DNA of 64,000 bases from an uncultured Chloroflexia bacterium (GTDB lineage: Bacteria > Chloroflexota > Anaerolineae > Anaerolineales > E44-bin32). The notes under the pieces are model-generated. The model was not told where the DNA came from. It did not search any database and worked only from the letters and a program-made list of their open reading frames with translations. The first letter of the stretch is position 1; the number at the start of each line of letters is the position of its first letter. The stretch lies in assembly GCA_963777165.1 (NCBI GenBank), contig CAVZPO010000029.1, forward strand, positions 12,389-76,388, read 5' to 3'. This document shows, piece by piece, positions 22,196-36,868 of the stretch. A program made the translations under genes and the position numbers.

Positions 22196-23149
22196 TCAGG
22201 CCGAGATCAACAGATGCCCTTTGACCTTGTCGCGTTCCAGGTTCAGGATGGCGGCCTTCATGATGCCCTCGGCATACTCACTACCTGGGTTCATGCACAG
22301 CGTCCGGCCGATGCGCGTGTGGCCGGGGGCTTCGTGAATGTGGCCGTGCAGCGTCACCAGGGGCTGCACGCGCTCGATCAGCCGGCGGACGGCCGGGCTG
22401 CCGACCGGTTTCATCAGGATCTGCCCGCCGCGGGCGATGATCTTCAGGTTGGCATCCAGCTCGGGGCACACATCGATCCCGGAATCATAAGGCGGCACGT
22501 GCAGCGCCATCAGCGCCGTGGACGGGCGTTCCAGGAGTGCGGCGACTTGCGTCAGGCGCGCCTCGAGCTGCTCCTCTTCCAGGTCGCGGGCGCAGTGCCA
22601 CGGCGTCATGTTGGCGTTCGACACCCCGATCAACTCATGATCGTCGTCGATCCACAGCCGCTTGCCGTCGGGATTGGCCACGGAAGGGAACTCGTCGATG
22701 ACGCGGTCGATGGAGTACAGATCATCGTTGCCCGGCATGAAGTACATCCGGATGCCCTGCGGCGTGAGCTTCTCGTCGGCCAGCGTCAACCACTGGCGGA
22801 TTCGATCGCACATGGCGCGCTCGAAGACGGCGCTCATCTGATCCGCGTCGCCCTCCAGCGCATTGGCTTCGTCCTGCTCGAGCACCAGCGGGTAGAAGCC
22901 GACGTTGCTGATCGTCTGCTTGAGCTTCTCGAGCTCGGCCGTCGTCGCCGGCTGCTCGCGCCGGTTGAACAGATAACCCTCATACCGACCGCCGCCCTTG
23001 TGGACCACGGGGACCATCGCCTTGCCGGTCACATCCCCGCCCACGATCAGCACCTGCGCCTTGTACTGCAGCGCGGCAGCCAGGAATTTGCGGAAGAAGG
23101 CCTCCGAACCATGGAAATCGGTGGCAAACAGAACGCGCGTCATACCCAT
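22196..23149 (-). CDS. Calcineurin-like metallophosphoesterase
   Basis: ATDFHG, GGDVTG, PGNDD, HVPP, HGHIHE, NPGS; GGGGAG SD. Confidence 0.88.
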   Translation of the reverse strand: MGMTRVLFATDFHGSEAFFRKFLAAALQYKAQVLIVGGDVTGKAMVPVVHKGGGRYEGYLFNRREQPATTAELEKLKQTISNVGFYPLVLEQDEANALEGDADQMSAVFERAMCDRIRQWLTLADEKLTPQGIRMYFMPGNDDLYSIDRVIDEFPSVANPDGKRLWIDDDHELIGVSNANMTPWHCARDLEEEQLEARLTQVAALLERPSTALMALHVPPYDSGIDVCPELDANLKIIARGGQILMKPVGSPAVRRLIERVQPLVTLHGHIHEAPGHTRIGRTLCMNPGSEYAEGIMKAAILNLERDKVKGHLLISA

Positions 23150-23295
23150 GCAGGCTCCCCTCGCAGCGTGCCCGGCGGGGAACCCCGCCGAAGATCGTTC
23201 TGCGGGGCGTGGGTCGGGCCCTTTCTGGCACAACTCGGACGACGGCCGGAGAAGGCTTGCCCTTCTCCGGCCGTCAGGAGACTCCCATTCGCCGG

Positions 23296-24927
23296 TCAGA
23301 CCGGCGGGATGGACTGGAAGGTCCAGTTGATGTCGATGCCTTCGTTCTTCAGCCGGTAAGCCCGCGCGGCATAGAACACGATCAGGCCGCTGATCACCAA
23401 CCCGGCCAGGACGAACAACTTGGTCGAGTTGATCCCGCCGCCGACGGCGGGGTAGAGGAAGGAGGCGATCACCATCCACAGCATGTAGGCCAGGGTGATC
23501 GCGCCCACCAGCGTGACGACCGGAACCGGGCCGATCTTGCGTCGGACCAAGGCGCTGGCGTTCTCAAACAGGTCCTTCTTGAGGAACGGGAACAGCGTCA
23601 TGGCGGTGACGGGTACGAACATCGTGCACACGGCGAAGAAGACGAAGTTGAGCTGGGCGCCCATCACCCCGCCGGCCCACAGCAGGCCGGAGGCATCGAT
23701 CACGCCGATCTCGGCGATCAACGTGATGATCAGGATGGCCCAGATCGGGCTGCGCAGCTTGGGGTGGATCCAGCATACGCGTTCCGGGATCAGCCGGTCG
23801 AACGACCAGGCGAAGACGATCCGGCTGCAGTAGAAGAAGTAGGTCTGCGCCAGGTTGATCAAGGTGTAGATCCACACCGCCGCCACGATCAGCACCAGGA
23901 TGAAGCTCGGCCTGAGGATGGCGGCGTAGAACGTGATGTAGGGCATCGCCGTCACGCCGGCCGACGGCGTCTGGCTCAGGAAGCTCTCGGCGGCGATCCA
24001 CTCCAGGGGCACGACCCGCTGCAGCAGCAAGGCCCCCACGATGAAGATCGCCCAGGTGACGATCAGCGACGACCAGGAGCCGGCCAGCAGCGTGGTCTCG
24101 GCCTGCTTGACCTCGCCGGCGAAGAACGTCGGGATGTAGTAACCGTAGAACACCCAGAAGCCCATGATCAGACCGGCCAGCGTCATGATCATCACGTTCG
24201 GGTTGGTCACCATCCCGTTCGACTCCGCCAGCGCAACACGCCCGGCGTAGCTCCCGGCACCCATGAACTTGTCCCACGCCGCCGGGAAGGCGTCCGCCGA
24301 AGCCGTACCCAGCTGGAAGTACAGGATCGCCCACGCCAGAAGCCCCAGGAAGAACCCGACTTCCAGGATGCGCACGATGGTGCGTGTCGGCAGGATCATC
24401 GTCCCGAACGTGATCAGCGTGCAGATCGTGCCGATTACGACGATCCCGATGGAGCTCCCCGACCAGTCGGCGAACCCGACCAGGCCGGGGTTGGAGAAGA
24501 TGATCCCCATCGAGCGCGTCAGCGTCGGGATCGCCACCAGCGGGATCCAGGCGATCAGCGAGCCGGCGACCATGGCGCTGAAGATGACAAGCGTCCAGCT
24601 GGCGGCGAATGCCAGTGGGGCGCTCAGCACGCGGCTTCCCAACGTGTAGTCGGCGGCGGAACGAGGCATGGTGGCGCCGATGGCGGCGTAGGTGTAGGCA
24701 TGGAACAGGCAGAAGATCATCGCCACGGTGAGCACACCGATGATGCTGCTGCCCGGCCAGACTCCCGCAACCCAGGAGTACGGGATCAGCCCGGATGACG
24801 ACAGGCTGATGCAGTGGACGCCGAACACCATCGCCCCGAAGACGCCGATGGTCCGAATCAGACCGGAGCTCTTACGAGCGTAGAGCTTGCGCTCGCCGCC
24901 CCCGGCTGGGGCAACCATTTCGGCCAT
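23296..24927 (-). CDS. APC-superfamily amino acid/polyamine permease
   Basis: YARKSSGLIR, MPRSAADY..SR, AGEVK, SRIVFAWSFDRLIP; about 12 hydrophobic segments; GAGGAGG SD. Confidence 0.88.
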   Translation of the reverse strand: MAEMVAPAGGGERKLYARKSSGLIRTIGVFGAMVFGVHCISLSSSGLIPYSWVAGVWPGSSIIGVLTVAMIFCLFHAYTYAAIGATMPRSAADYTLGSRVLSAPLAFAASWTLVIFSAMVAGSLIAWIPLVAIPTLTRSMGIIFSNPGLVGFADWSGSSIGIVVIGTICTLITFGTMILPTRTIVRILEVGFFLGLLAWAILYFQLGTASADAFPAAWDKFMGAGSYAGRVALAESNGMVTNPNVMIMTLAGLIMGFWVFYGYYIPTFFAGEVKQAETTLLAGSWSSLIVTWAIFIVGALLLQRVVPLEWIAAESFLSQTPSAGVTAMPYITFYAAILRPSFILVLIVAAVWIYTLINLAQTYFFYCSRIVFAWSFDRLIPERVCWIHPKLRSPIWAILIITLIAEIGVIDASGLLWAGGVMGAQLNFVFFAVCTMFVPVTAMTLFPFLKKDLFENASALVRRKIGPVPVVTLVGAITLAYMLWMVIASFLYPAVGGGINSTKLFVLAGLVISGLIVFYAARAYRLKNEGIDINWTFQSIPPV

Positions 24928-25644
24928 GATGGCATTCCTCCTCAAGTGGTCTCGGATGGAGCGTCGTTCAAACGAGCAGGCGTCCGAGGACACCTCCTTC
25001 TCATCCTGGCGCTGACCACCAGGACGTGCGACTGCGCCCCTTTGCGACGGTTCCATGCCGCGCCATGCGGCGGCGAATTCGATTCAGCGGGTCTGTGTCT
25101 CAGGGCCCTCGACGTACGGCCCTACAATCCGAACCACGTGCTGTCGAGGACCAACCTGCAGCTAACGGCGAAGCCTCCCCCGCCGCTGATCCGCTTGGCA
25201 GGACCGGGAGTAGCGTTCGCATGGAAGATCCTCGGGCCTGGAGGGCGATGGGCGTGGGAGGTGTTGCTACGAAGCGCCACCCCGCCCGAGTGATAAGAGA
25301 GGGGCCGGGCGGAGGAGTCGTGGTCGGTGAGAGGGGATCGCGGATGATGACCACACCGCACCATTCGGCCGTCGTTGCGAAAGACTCCCAGCCGTCGCCG
25401 GCCCCGATGGCCGATGTCCGGGCTCCGGGCGGTCGCTCAAGATCGTGGTATATCTACGCCGACAGCGACGGAAATCGTATGCCGCCGGAGCCGGGCCCCT
25501 CCAACCATTATAGGGAAGGAAGCCCCGCTGGGACAAGTGAGAATGCCAGTTCCGGACCGGAGAATGGGCGCCAGGGCGATCCCCCAAGACCCAAGGCGCT
25601 GGCCATGGCCAAATACGCTCCGCGCCAGGCGCCCGGGTGTGAGA

Positions 25645-26163
25645 ATGGAACTTCTCAGGCGCGTGCTCGCTCCGTGGCGAGCCAGACAGGCTGCCGAGGC
25701 GGAGAGCGACATCCGAGGCTGGCACGCGGCGTGTGAGGTGGTCCTCGGCACCTCGATCCAGGCCCTCCAGGACCCGAAGCTCGCGCGAGGAGACATCGGC
25801 GTAGCCCTCGATCGGATCGACCGGGCGCTCTTCCGCCTCCGAGACACCGGCACCGGAGCTCAGCATGCCTTGCGACGGCGGGACCCCGGGCTGGGTGAGC
25901 GAATGCGCCTGCTCTCGGAAGCCATTGTCGTCCTGCGGAACGACACTGTCCGCTTCATGATCCGCGCTCAGGGGGCGACGCCGCCGTTCATGCAGGAGGA
26001 AGGGGGGTCTCCCCGACAGGCCGAAGCCTACCAGCGAGCGATGCTAGACGTTGGGCTGGCCGCCCGGCGACGCTCCGCCGGGATCGAGCGTGACCTGCGC
26101 CAACTCTGGGCGGATTTGCAGCCAACCCTCGCCCACCTGGCCGGTTCTTCGACCAGGCCCTGA
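25645..26163 (+). CDS. Hypothetical helical protein
   Basis: 172-aa ORF (MELLRRVLAPW...) with amphipathic helical pattern filling the gap before the rpoB promoter; no motif recognised. Confidence 0.5.
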   Translation: MELLRRVLAPWRARQAAEAESDIRGWHAACEVVLGTSIQALQDPKLARGDIGVALDRIDRALFRLRDTGTGAQHALRRRDPGLGERMRLLSEAIVVLRNDTVRFMIRAQGATPPFMQEEGGSPRQAEAYQRAMLDVGLAARRRSAGIERDLRQLWADLQPTLAHLAGSSTRP

Positions 26164-26216
26164 CCGCCTAGCGGTCCGGCTTCCCTCTGGCACCCGGACC
26201 AGGCGGGGGAAGGGGA

Positions 26217-26245
26217 TTGACGACCTCCGATTCCGGTGATATCCT
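26217..26245 (+). promoter_or_regulatory. rpoB promoter
   Basis: TTGACG-17 bp-TATCCT with extended TG. Confidence 0.7.
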
Positions 26246-26377
26246 GTTCATTCGCAATCCACGGCCGCCTCCCAGGAGGCTTGCGGGAAACGGCCTGCCA
26301 GGAAGGCAGGCGGTTCCCCGCGCTTTTGTGTTCAGCGGCTGGCTCGCCGGTGCATCGCAGTCGAGAGGAGCAGCTTG

Positions 26378-30281
<3,904 letters not shown>

Positions 30282-30313
30282 CCGGCACGACAGCAGTTGC
30301 CTGACAACTGATC

Positions 30314-30342
30314 TTGACGGTTCCGGCGTCGGGTGGTATTAT
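30314..30342 (+). promoter_or_regulatory. Promoter of the str/S10 ribosomal cluster
   Basis: TTGACG-17 bp-TATTAT with extended TG. Confidence 0.78.
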
Positions 30343-30502
30343 CGACATTTGCCCGCACTGAACTGAGGGGCAGGGGTGCTCGATCTCCCTGCCCGAACCG
30401 AATACGAACGGTGTCGCTGCGGAGGCCATCGTGCACGACGGATGGCCTCCCACGTTGGAAAGAGGCCGGGGCGCAAGCCCCGGCTCCATCTGGAGGCAGA
30501 GA

Positions 30503-30922
30503 GTGCCCACGATCAACCAGCTGGTGCGCAAGGGCCGGACGGCTAAGAAGGGCAAATCCAAGGCGCCGGCGCTGCAGTTCAGCCTGAACACGATGAAGCA
30601 GCGCCGAAACGCCGTCGCCAAGGGATCGCCCCAGAAGCGCGGGGTGTGCACGCAGGTGCGCACCCAGACGCCCAAGAAGCCGAACTCGGCGCTGCGCAAG
30701 GTCGCCCGAGTGCGGCTGACCAATGGCATCGAGGTCTCGGCCTACATCCCGGGGGAGGGCCACTCGCTGCAGGAGCACTCGGTGGTGCTGGTGCGCGGCG
30801 GCCGTGTCAAGGACCTGCCGGGCGTGCGCTACCACATCGTCCGCGGCACCCTGGATACTACGGGCGTCGACGGACGTCGTCAGGGCCGATCCAAGTACGG
30901 TGGCAAGCGGCCCAAGGAATAG
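30503..30922 (+). CDS. rpsL: 30S ribosomal protein S12
   Basis: [32 protein letters not shown]; GTG start after GGAGG. Confidence 0.98.
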   Translation: MPTINQLVRKGRTAKKGKSKAPALQFSLNTMKQRRNAVAKGSPQKRGVCTQVRTQTPKKPNSALRKVARVRLTNGIEVSAYIPGEGHSLQEHSVVLVRGGRVKDLPGVRYHIVRGTLDTTGVDGRRQGRSKYGGKRPKE

Positions 30923-30979
30923 ACCGGCCTGTGCCGTCGGCGCTCCGCCGGCGGCCGATGATGTTTCAGGAGCAGAACG

Positions 30980-31447
30980 ATGCGACGCAGCAAGCCCACC
31001 AAGCGCAACATTCCCGGCGATGTCCGGCACAACAGCGTGCTGGTGACCGGGTTCGTCAACCGGTTGATGCGGCGCGGCAAGCGCAGCACCGGCACCCGGG
31101 TCGTGTACCGGGCGTTCGACCTGATCACGGCGCGCGCCAAGCGGGACCCGCTGGAGGTATTCGAGCAGGCGATCAAGAACGCTTCGCCGATGCTCGAGGT
31201 GAAGCCCCGACGGGTGGGTGGCGCGACGTACCAGGTGCCGGTCGAGGTCAGTCCGGAGCGGCGCACAGCCCTGGCCATGCGCTGGCTGCTGGCTGCCGCC
31301 CGCTCGCGCGGCGGCAAGTCGATGTCGGAAAAGCTGGCCGGCGAACTGATGGATGCTGCCAACAACACCGGCTCGGCGATCAAGCGCCGCGAGGAAACCC
31401 ACAAGATGGCGGAGGCCAACCGCGCCTTCGCCCACTACCGCTGGTAG
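30980..31447 (+). CDS. rpsG: 30S ribosomal protein S7
   Basis: [26 protein letters not shown]. Confidence 0.98.
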   Translation: MRRSKPTKRNIPGDVRHNSVLVTGFVNRLMRRGKRSTGTRVVYRAFDLITARAKRDPLEVFEQAIKNASPMLEVKPRRVGGATYQVPVEVSPERRTALAMRWLLAAARSRGGKSMSEKLAGELMDAANNTGSAIKRREETHKMAEANRAFAHYRW

Positions 31448-31484
31448 AGAAGGAGTAGGCCCGGCCTTCGGGCTGGGGACCGTC

Positions 31485-33567
31485 ATGGCCCGCGAGCATG
31501 CGCTCGAGCGCACCCGCAACATCGGCATCATCGCCCATATCGATGCCGGCAAGACGACCACCACCGAGCGGGTGCTCTATTACACCGGTCGGACGCATCG
31601 TCTTGGCTCGGTCGATGACGGCACCACCGTCACCGACTGGATGGAGCAGGAGCGCGAGCGCGGCATCACCATTGTCTCCGCCGCCGTCACGGCCGAGTGG
31701 CGCGACTACATCATCAACATCATCGACACCCCGGGCCACATCGACTTCACCGCCGAGGTCCAGCGCTGCCTGCGGGTCCTCGACGGGGGCGTGGTGATCT
31801 TCGACGCCGTGCAGGGCGTCGAGCCGCAGTCCGAGACCGTCTGGCGACAGGCCGACCGCTACAGCGTGCCGCGCTTGTGCTTCGCCAACAAGATGGATCG
31901 GCCGGGGGCTTCCTACTTGCAGACGATCGAGTCGATCCGCGCCCGCCTGGGGGCCAATCCGATCGCCATTCAGATGCCGATCGGCGCCGAGGCGTCCTTC
32001 GTCGGGGTGATCGATCTGTTCGATAACAAGGCGTTGGTCTGGAGCGACGTGACCGGCGACGCCTACGAGACGGGCGAGATCCCTCCCGACCTGAGGGCCG
32101 AAGCGGCGGAGATGCGCGCCCGGATGGTTGAGCAGATCGCCGAGACCGACGAGGAATTGACCCTCAAGTACCTGGACGGTGCGGAGATCAGCGTCGACGA
32201 ACTGCGGGCCGCCCTGCGCCGGGCGACCATCACCAGCAAGGCCACGCCGGTCCTGTGCGGCTCGTCGCTGCGCAACAAGGGCGTGCAGCCGATGCTCGAC
32301 GCCGTGATCGACTTCCTGCCGTCGCCGGCGGACATCGCCGATGTCACCGGCACGAAGCCCGACTCGGACATCCCCCAGACGCGGCCGGCGAACGACGACG
32401 CGCCGCTCAGCGCCCTGGTGTTCAAGATCGTCTCCGACCCCTATGTCGGGCGGCTGGCTTACTTCCGAGTCTATTCGGGCAAGATCACGCAGGGCTCGAT
32501 GGTCTACAACTCGACCAAGGGCAAACGCGAGCGGGTCGGTCGGCTGATCCGCATGTATGCCGATCGGCGCGAGGACCTGCCCGAGATCCTGGCCGGGGAC
32601 ATCGCCGCCGTGCTTGGGATGAAGGACACCTTCACCGGCGACACGCTGTGCGACTCCGCCAACCCGATCGTGCTCGAGGCGATTCAATTCCCCGAGCCGG
32701 TCATTTTCCTGGCGATCGAGCCGCGCACGACCGCCGATCAGAGCCGGATGGCCGACGCGCTGCAGAAGCTGTCCGAAGAGGATCCGACGTTCCGGGCGAG
32801 CTACGACGAGAACGCAGGTCAGACCGTGATCTCGGGCATGGGCGAGCTGCACCTGGAAGTGCTGGTCGACCGGATGATGCGCGAGTTCAAAGTCCAGGCC
32901 AATGTCGGTCGCCCGCGGGTCGCCTACCGCGAGTCGATCACCGTGCCTGTGGCCAAGTCCGATTACCGCTACGTGAAGCAGACCGGCGGACACGGGCAGT
33001 ACGGGCACGTGGTCCTGTCGCTCGAGTCCGGCGGGCCGGGCTCGGGGATCACCTTCGAGAACCGCATCATGCGCGGCGCCATCCCACACGAGTACATCCC
33101 GGGCGTGGAGAAGGGCGTGCGCGAAGCGGCCGAAGGCGGCGTCCTGGCGGGCTACCCGATCGTCGACATCAAGGTCAAGCTGATCGACGGCTCGTTCCAC
33201 GAAGTCGACTCGAGCGAGATGGCTTTCAAGATGGCCGGCTCGATGGCGTTCAAGCAGGGTGTGCAGATGGGCGCGCCCGGTGCTGCTCGAACCGATGATG
33301 CGCGTCGAGGTCCTCACCCCGGACGAGTTCCTGGGCGAAGTGACCGGAGACCTGGCCTCGCGGCGGGCGTCGATCGGCGGCATGGAGATGCGGCCCGGAA
33401 GTGCCCAGGCGATCCGGGCCGACGTGCCGCTGGCGGAGATGTTCGGCTACGCCACCGACCTGCGGTCGATGACCCAGGGACGCGGCGTATTCACGATGGA
33501 GTTTGATCACTACGCGCAGGTGGCCGAAGCGGTCACCAAGTCGATCCTGGCCGGCGTGCCGGCGTAG
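31485..33567 (+). CDS. fusA: Elongation factor G (one +1 frameshift near 33277)
   Basis: [30 protein letters not shown]; C-terminus [17 protein letters not shown] in the next frame. Confidence 0.97.
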
Positions 33568-33606
33568 CGCCGCGCATACGGGCCCGGCGAACGGAGCATC
33601 GTCATT

Positions 33607-34811
33607 ATGTCGAAGCAGAAGTTTGAGCGCACGAAGCCGCACATGAATGTGGGGACGATGGGACACATCGACCACGGCAAGACGACGTTGACGGCGGCGA
33701 TCACGAAGTACTGCTCGTTTTTCGGAAAGGCGCAGTTCCGGCCGTTTGATTCGATCGACAATGCGCCGGAAGAGCGCGAGCGCGGGATCACGATTGCGAT
33801 TGCGCACGTGGAGTATGAGACCGAGAAGCGGCACTATGCGCACGTCGACATGCCGGGGCACCGGGACTACATCAAGAACATGATCACGGGGGCGGCGCAG
33901 GTGGACGGGGCGATTCTGGTGGTGGCGGCGCCGGACGGGCCGATGCCGCAGACGCGGGAGCACGTGCTGCTGGCACGGCAGGTGGAAGTGCCGGCGATCG
34001 TGGTCTATCTGAACAAGATCGACATGATGGACGATCCGGAGCTGCTGGAGCTGGTGGAGCTGGAGCTGAGGGAGCTGCTTGACGGTGTACAAGTTCCCGG
34101 GGGACACGACGCCGATCGTGCGGGGGAGTGCGCTGCAGGCGCTGGAGTCGAAGAGCACGGACCCGAATGCTCCGGAGTACGCCAGCATCAAGGAACTGCT
34201 GCGGGTGGTGGACGAGTACATTCCGGAGCCGGTGAGGCAGACGGACCGGCCGTTCATGATGCCCGTCGAGGACGTGTTCTCGATCAAGGGTCGGGGGACG
34301 GTGGTGACGGGCCGGGTGGATCGGGGGAAGGTGAAGGTCGGGGAGACGGTGGAGATTGTCGGGCTTGCGGGACGAGGTTGTGACGTCGGTGGTGACGGGC
34401 GTGGAGATGTTCCACAAGCTGCTGGACGAGGGGATGGCGGGGGACAACCTGGGTCTGCTGCTGCGGGGGATCGAGCGGACGGACGTGGAGCGGGGGATGG
34501 TGATTGCGGCGCCGAAGTCGATCACGCCGCACAAGAAGTTTCTGAGCCAGGTGTACGTGCTGACCAAGGAAGAGGGGGGACGGCACAAGGCGTTCTTCAC
34601 GGGGTACCGGCCGCAGTTCTACATTCGGACGATGGACGTGACGGGGACGATCACGCTGCCGACCGGGGTGGAGATGGTGATGCCGGGGGACGACGTGAAT
34701 CTGACGGTGGAACTGATCACGCCGGTGGCGCTGGAGAAGGGCTCGAACTTCGCCGTGCGCGAGGGCGGGCTGACGGTCGGCGCCGGCGTCATTACCGAGA
34801 TTCTGGAGTAA
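33607..34811 (+). CDS. tuf: Elongation factor Tu (two +1 frameshifts near 34080 and 34365)
   Basis: [23 protein letters not shown]; then [12 protein letters not shown]; then YRPQFY, across three consecutive frames. Confidence 0.97.
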
Positions 34812-34814
34812 TCG

Positions 34815-35123
34815 ATGGCGAAGCAGAAGATCCGCATCCGGCTCAAGGCCTACGACCACCGTGTGCTGGACGCTTCGGCGCAGCGCATCGTCGAGACCGC
34901 CGAACGCACCGGCGCCAAGGTCGTCGGCCCGGTTCCGCTGCCCACCCGGCTGGAGCGCTTCACCGTCCGCCGGTCGGCCTTCATCGACAAGGACTCGCAT
35001 GAGCACTTCGAGATCCGCACGCATAAGCGGCTGATCGACGTGCTGGAGCCGGACTCGAAGACGATCGATACGCTGATGCGGCTGAATCTGCCGGCCGGCG
35101 TGGATATCGAGATCAAGATCTAG
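34815..35123 (+). CDS. rpsJ: 30S ribosomal protein S10
   Basis: [23 protein letters not shown]. Confidence 0.98.
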   Translation: MAKQKIRIRLKAYDHRVLDASAQRIVETAERTGAKVVGPVPLPTRLERFTVRRSAFIDKDSHEHFEIRTHKRLIDVLEPDSKTIDTLMRLNLPAGVDIEIKI

Positions 35124-35277
35124 CGAACGGCAACAGGCGGCGTGGCAAGCGCCGGACGGAGGGTGGGCCCTAGACGGACCCCCGCCGGCCGGACGGCGGA
35201 CTGCCACGCGGTCGGGGATGATGCGGCCGGGCCCTGGCCGACAGTCCCGTCAAGATGGACGACCAAGGAGATGAGGG

Positions 35278-35907
35278 ATGAAAGGGCTCATTGGCAAGAA
35301 GCTGGGCATGACCCAGGTCTTCGACGAGTCGGGCTTGGTAAAGCCGCTGACCCTGATCGAAGCCGGGCCATGTTTCGTTACCCAGGTCAAGCGCCCGGAG
35401 AAGGAAGGCTACCAGGCCGTCCAGCTCGGCTTCGGCGAATCCAAGCCGCGCCGGCTCTCCGGCGGCGAACTGGGACATCTGAAGAAGCTGGACCTGCAGC
35501 CCCTGCGCCACGTGCGCGAGTTTCGGGTCAAAGGCGACCTGGACGTGAAGGAAGGCGACCGCCTGACGGTGGACGTCTTCGTCATCGGCGACCATGTCGA
35601 CGTCGTCTCGGTCAGCAAGGGCAAGGGCTTCGCCGGCGGCGTGAAGCGCTACCACTTCCGCGGCGGCCCCAAGACCCACGGTCAGTCCGACCGACATCGC
35701 GCCCCCGGTTCGCGCAGCTCGACCTCGACGCCCGGGCGGGTCTACAAGGGCTCGCGCGGCCCGGGTCACATGGGCTCGGAGCGGGTCACGTCGCAGAATT
35801 TGCGCGTCGAATTGATCGACCCGGAGCGCAACCTGCTCGGGGTCCACGGCAGCGTGCCCGGTCCGAAGGGCGCCGTCGTGGTCGTCACGCAGGCGCGCAA
35901 GCAATAA
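35278..35907 (+). CDS. rplC: 50S ribosomal protein L3
   Basis: GKKLGMTQVF, SKGKGFAG, HRAPGS. Confidence 0.98.
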   Translation: MKGLIGKKLGMTQVFDESGLVKPLTLIEAGPCFVTQVKRPEKEGYQAVQLGFGESKPRRLSGGELGHLKKLDLQPLRHVREFRVKGDLDVKEGDRLTVDVFVIGDHVDVVSVSKGKGFAGGVKRYHFRGGPKTHGQSDRHRAPGSRSSTSTPGRVYKGSRGPGHMGSERVTSQNLRVELIDPERNLLGVHGSVPGPKGAVVVVTQARKQ

Positions 35908-35926
35908 CAAAGCGGGAGCATCGACG

Positions 35927-36550
35927 ATGAAGGTGGATGTGTTGAACATGCAGGGGCAGAAGGTGGCCACGACGGAGCTCCCGGCCGCCATCTTCGAGGC
36001 TCCAATCCTGGAAGACTTGATGCATCAGGCGTTGGTGCGGCAGCTAGCCAACGGCCGCCTGGGCACGCGCAAGACCAAGACGCGCGCCGAGGTGTCCGGG
36101 GGCGGGAAGAAGCCCTGGCGCCAGAAGGGCACCGGGCGCGCCCGGCAGGGCTCGACGCGCGCCCCGCACTGGCGCGGCGGCGGCGGAGCGCATACGCCCA
36201 TGCCGCGCGACTTCTCCGTCCGCATGCCGCGCAAGATGCGCCACGCTGCGCTGCGTTCGGCCTTGTCGGTCAAGGCCGCCCAGTCCGAGATCGTCGTGCT
36301 GGACGAGATCACGATGGCCGGGCCGAAGACCAAGGACATGGCCGCCACGCTGGCCAGGCTGGTGGGCGACGCTTCGGCGTTGATCATCCTGGCCGGCCCG
36401 GATGACGCAGTGGAGAAGTCGGTCCGCAATCTGCCGACGGCCAAGACGCTGCGCGCCGCGTACCTCAACATCCGCGACCTGCTCGGGTACGACCGGGTCC
36501 TCATGCCCATGGGCACGGTCGACGCCCTGGGCACGGCCTTGGCGGCGTAG
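35927..36550 (+). CDS. rplD: 50S ribosomal protein L4
   Basis: [15 protein letters not shown]. Confidence 0.98.
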   Translation: MKVDVLNMQGQKVATTELPAAIFEAPILEDLMHQALVRQLANGRLGTRKTKTRAEVSGGGKKPWRQKGTGRARQGSTRAPHWRGGGGAHTPMPRDFSVRMPRKMRHAALRSALSVKAAQSEIVVLDEITMAGPKTKDMAATLARLVGDASALIILAGPDDAVEKSVRNLPTAKTLRAAYLNIRDLLGYDRVLMPMGTVDALGTALAA

Positions 36551-36562
36551 GGAGGAGGCAGC

Positions 36563-36868
36563 ATGACTACGGTCTACGACATCCTGCGCCGTCCGATCGT
36601 CACGGAGAAGTCCAACTACCAGAGCGGCAAGCTGGGTCAGTATGTCTTCGAGGTCGCCCACGGGGCCACCAAGGCTCAGATCAAGGAAGCGGTCGAGACG
36701 CTGTTTGACGTCAATGTCGAGCGCGTCAATGTGCTCACGGCGCCTCCGAAGCGCTCGCGGCGCGCCCGCAGCCGGCGGCTGCTCGTCCGCCACGCCGGCT
36801 ACAAGAAGGCCGTCGTGACGCTGCAGACGGGCCAGACGATCGACCTGTTCGAAGGGGTGAAGTCATGA
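36563..36868 (+). CDS. rplW: 50S ribosomal protein L23
   Basis: [15 protein letters not shown]; position in S10 operon. Confidence 0.96.
   Translation: MTTVYDILRRPIVTEKSNYQSGKLGQYVFEVAHGATKAQIKEAVETLFDVNVERVNVLTAPPKRSRRARSRRLLVRHAGYKKAVVTLQTGQTIDLFEGVKS

Noticed and set aside
25149-25200. Integron attC-like site (CCAAC..GCAGCTAACGGCG..CGCCGCTGA)
   Set aside because: No proper R''-L'' spacer, no GTTRRRY end, no integrase and no cassette array
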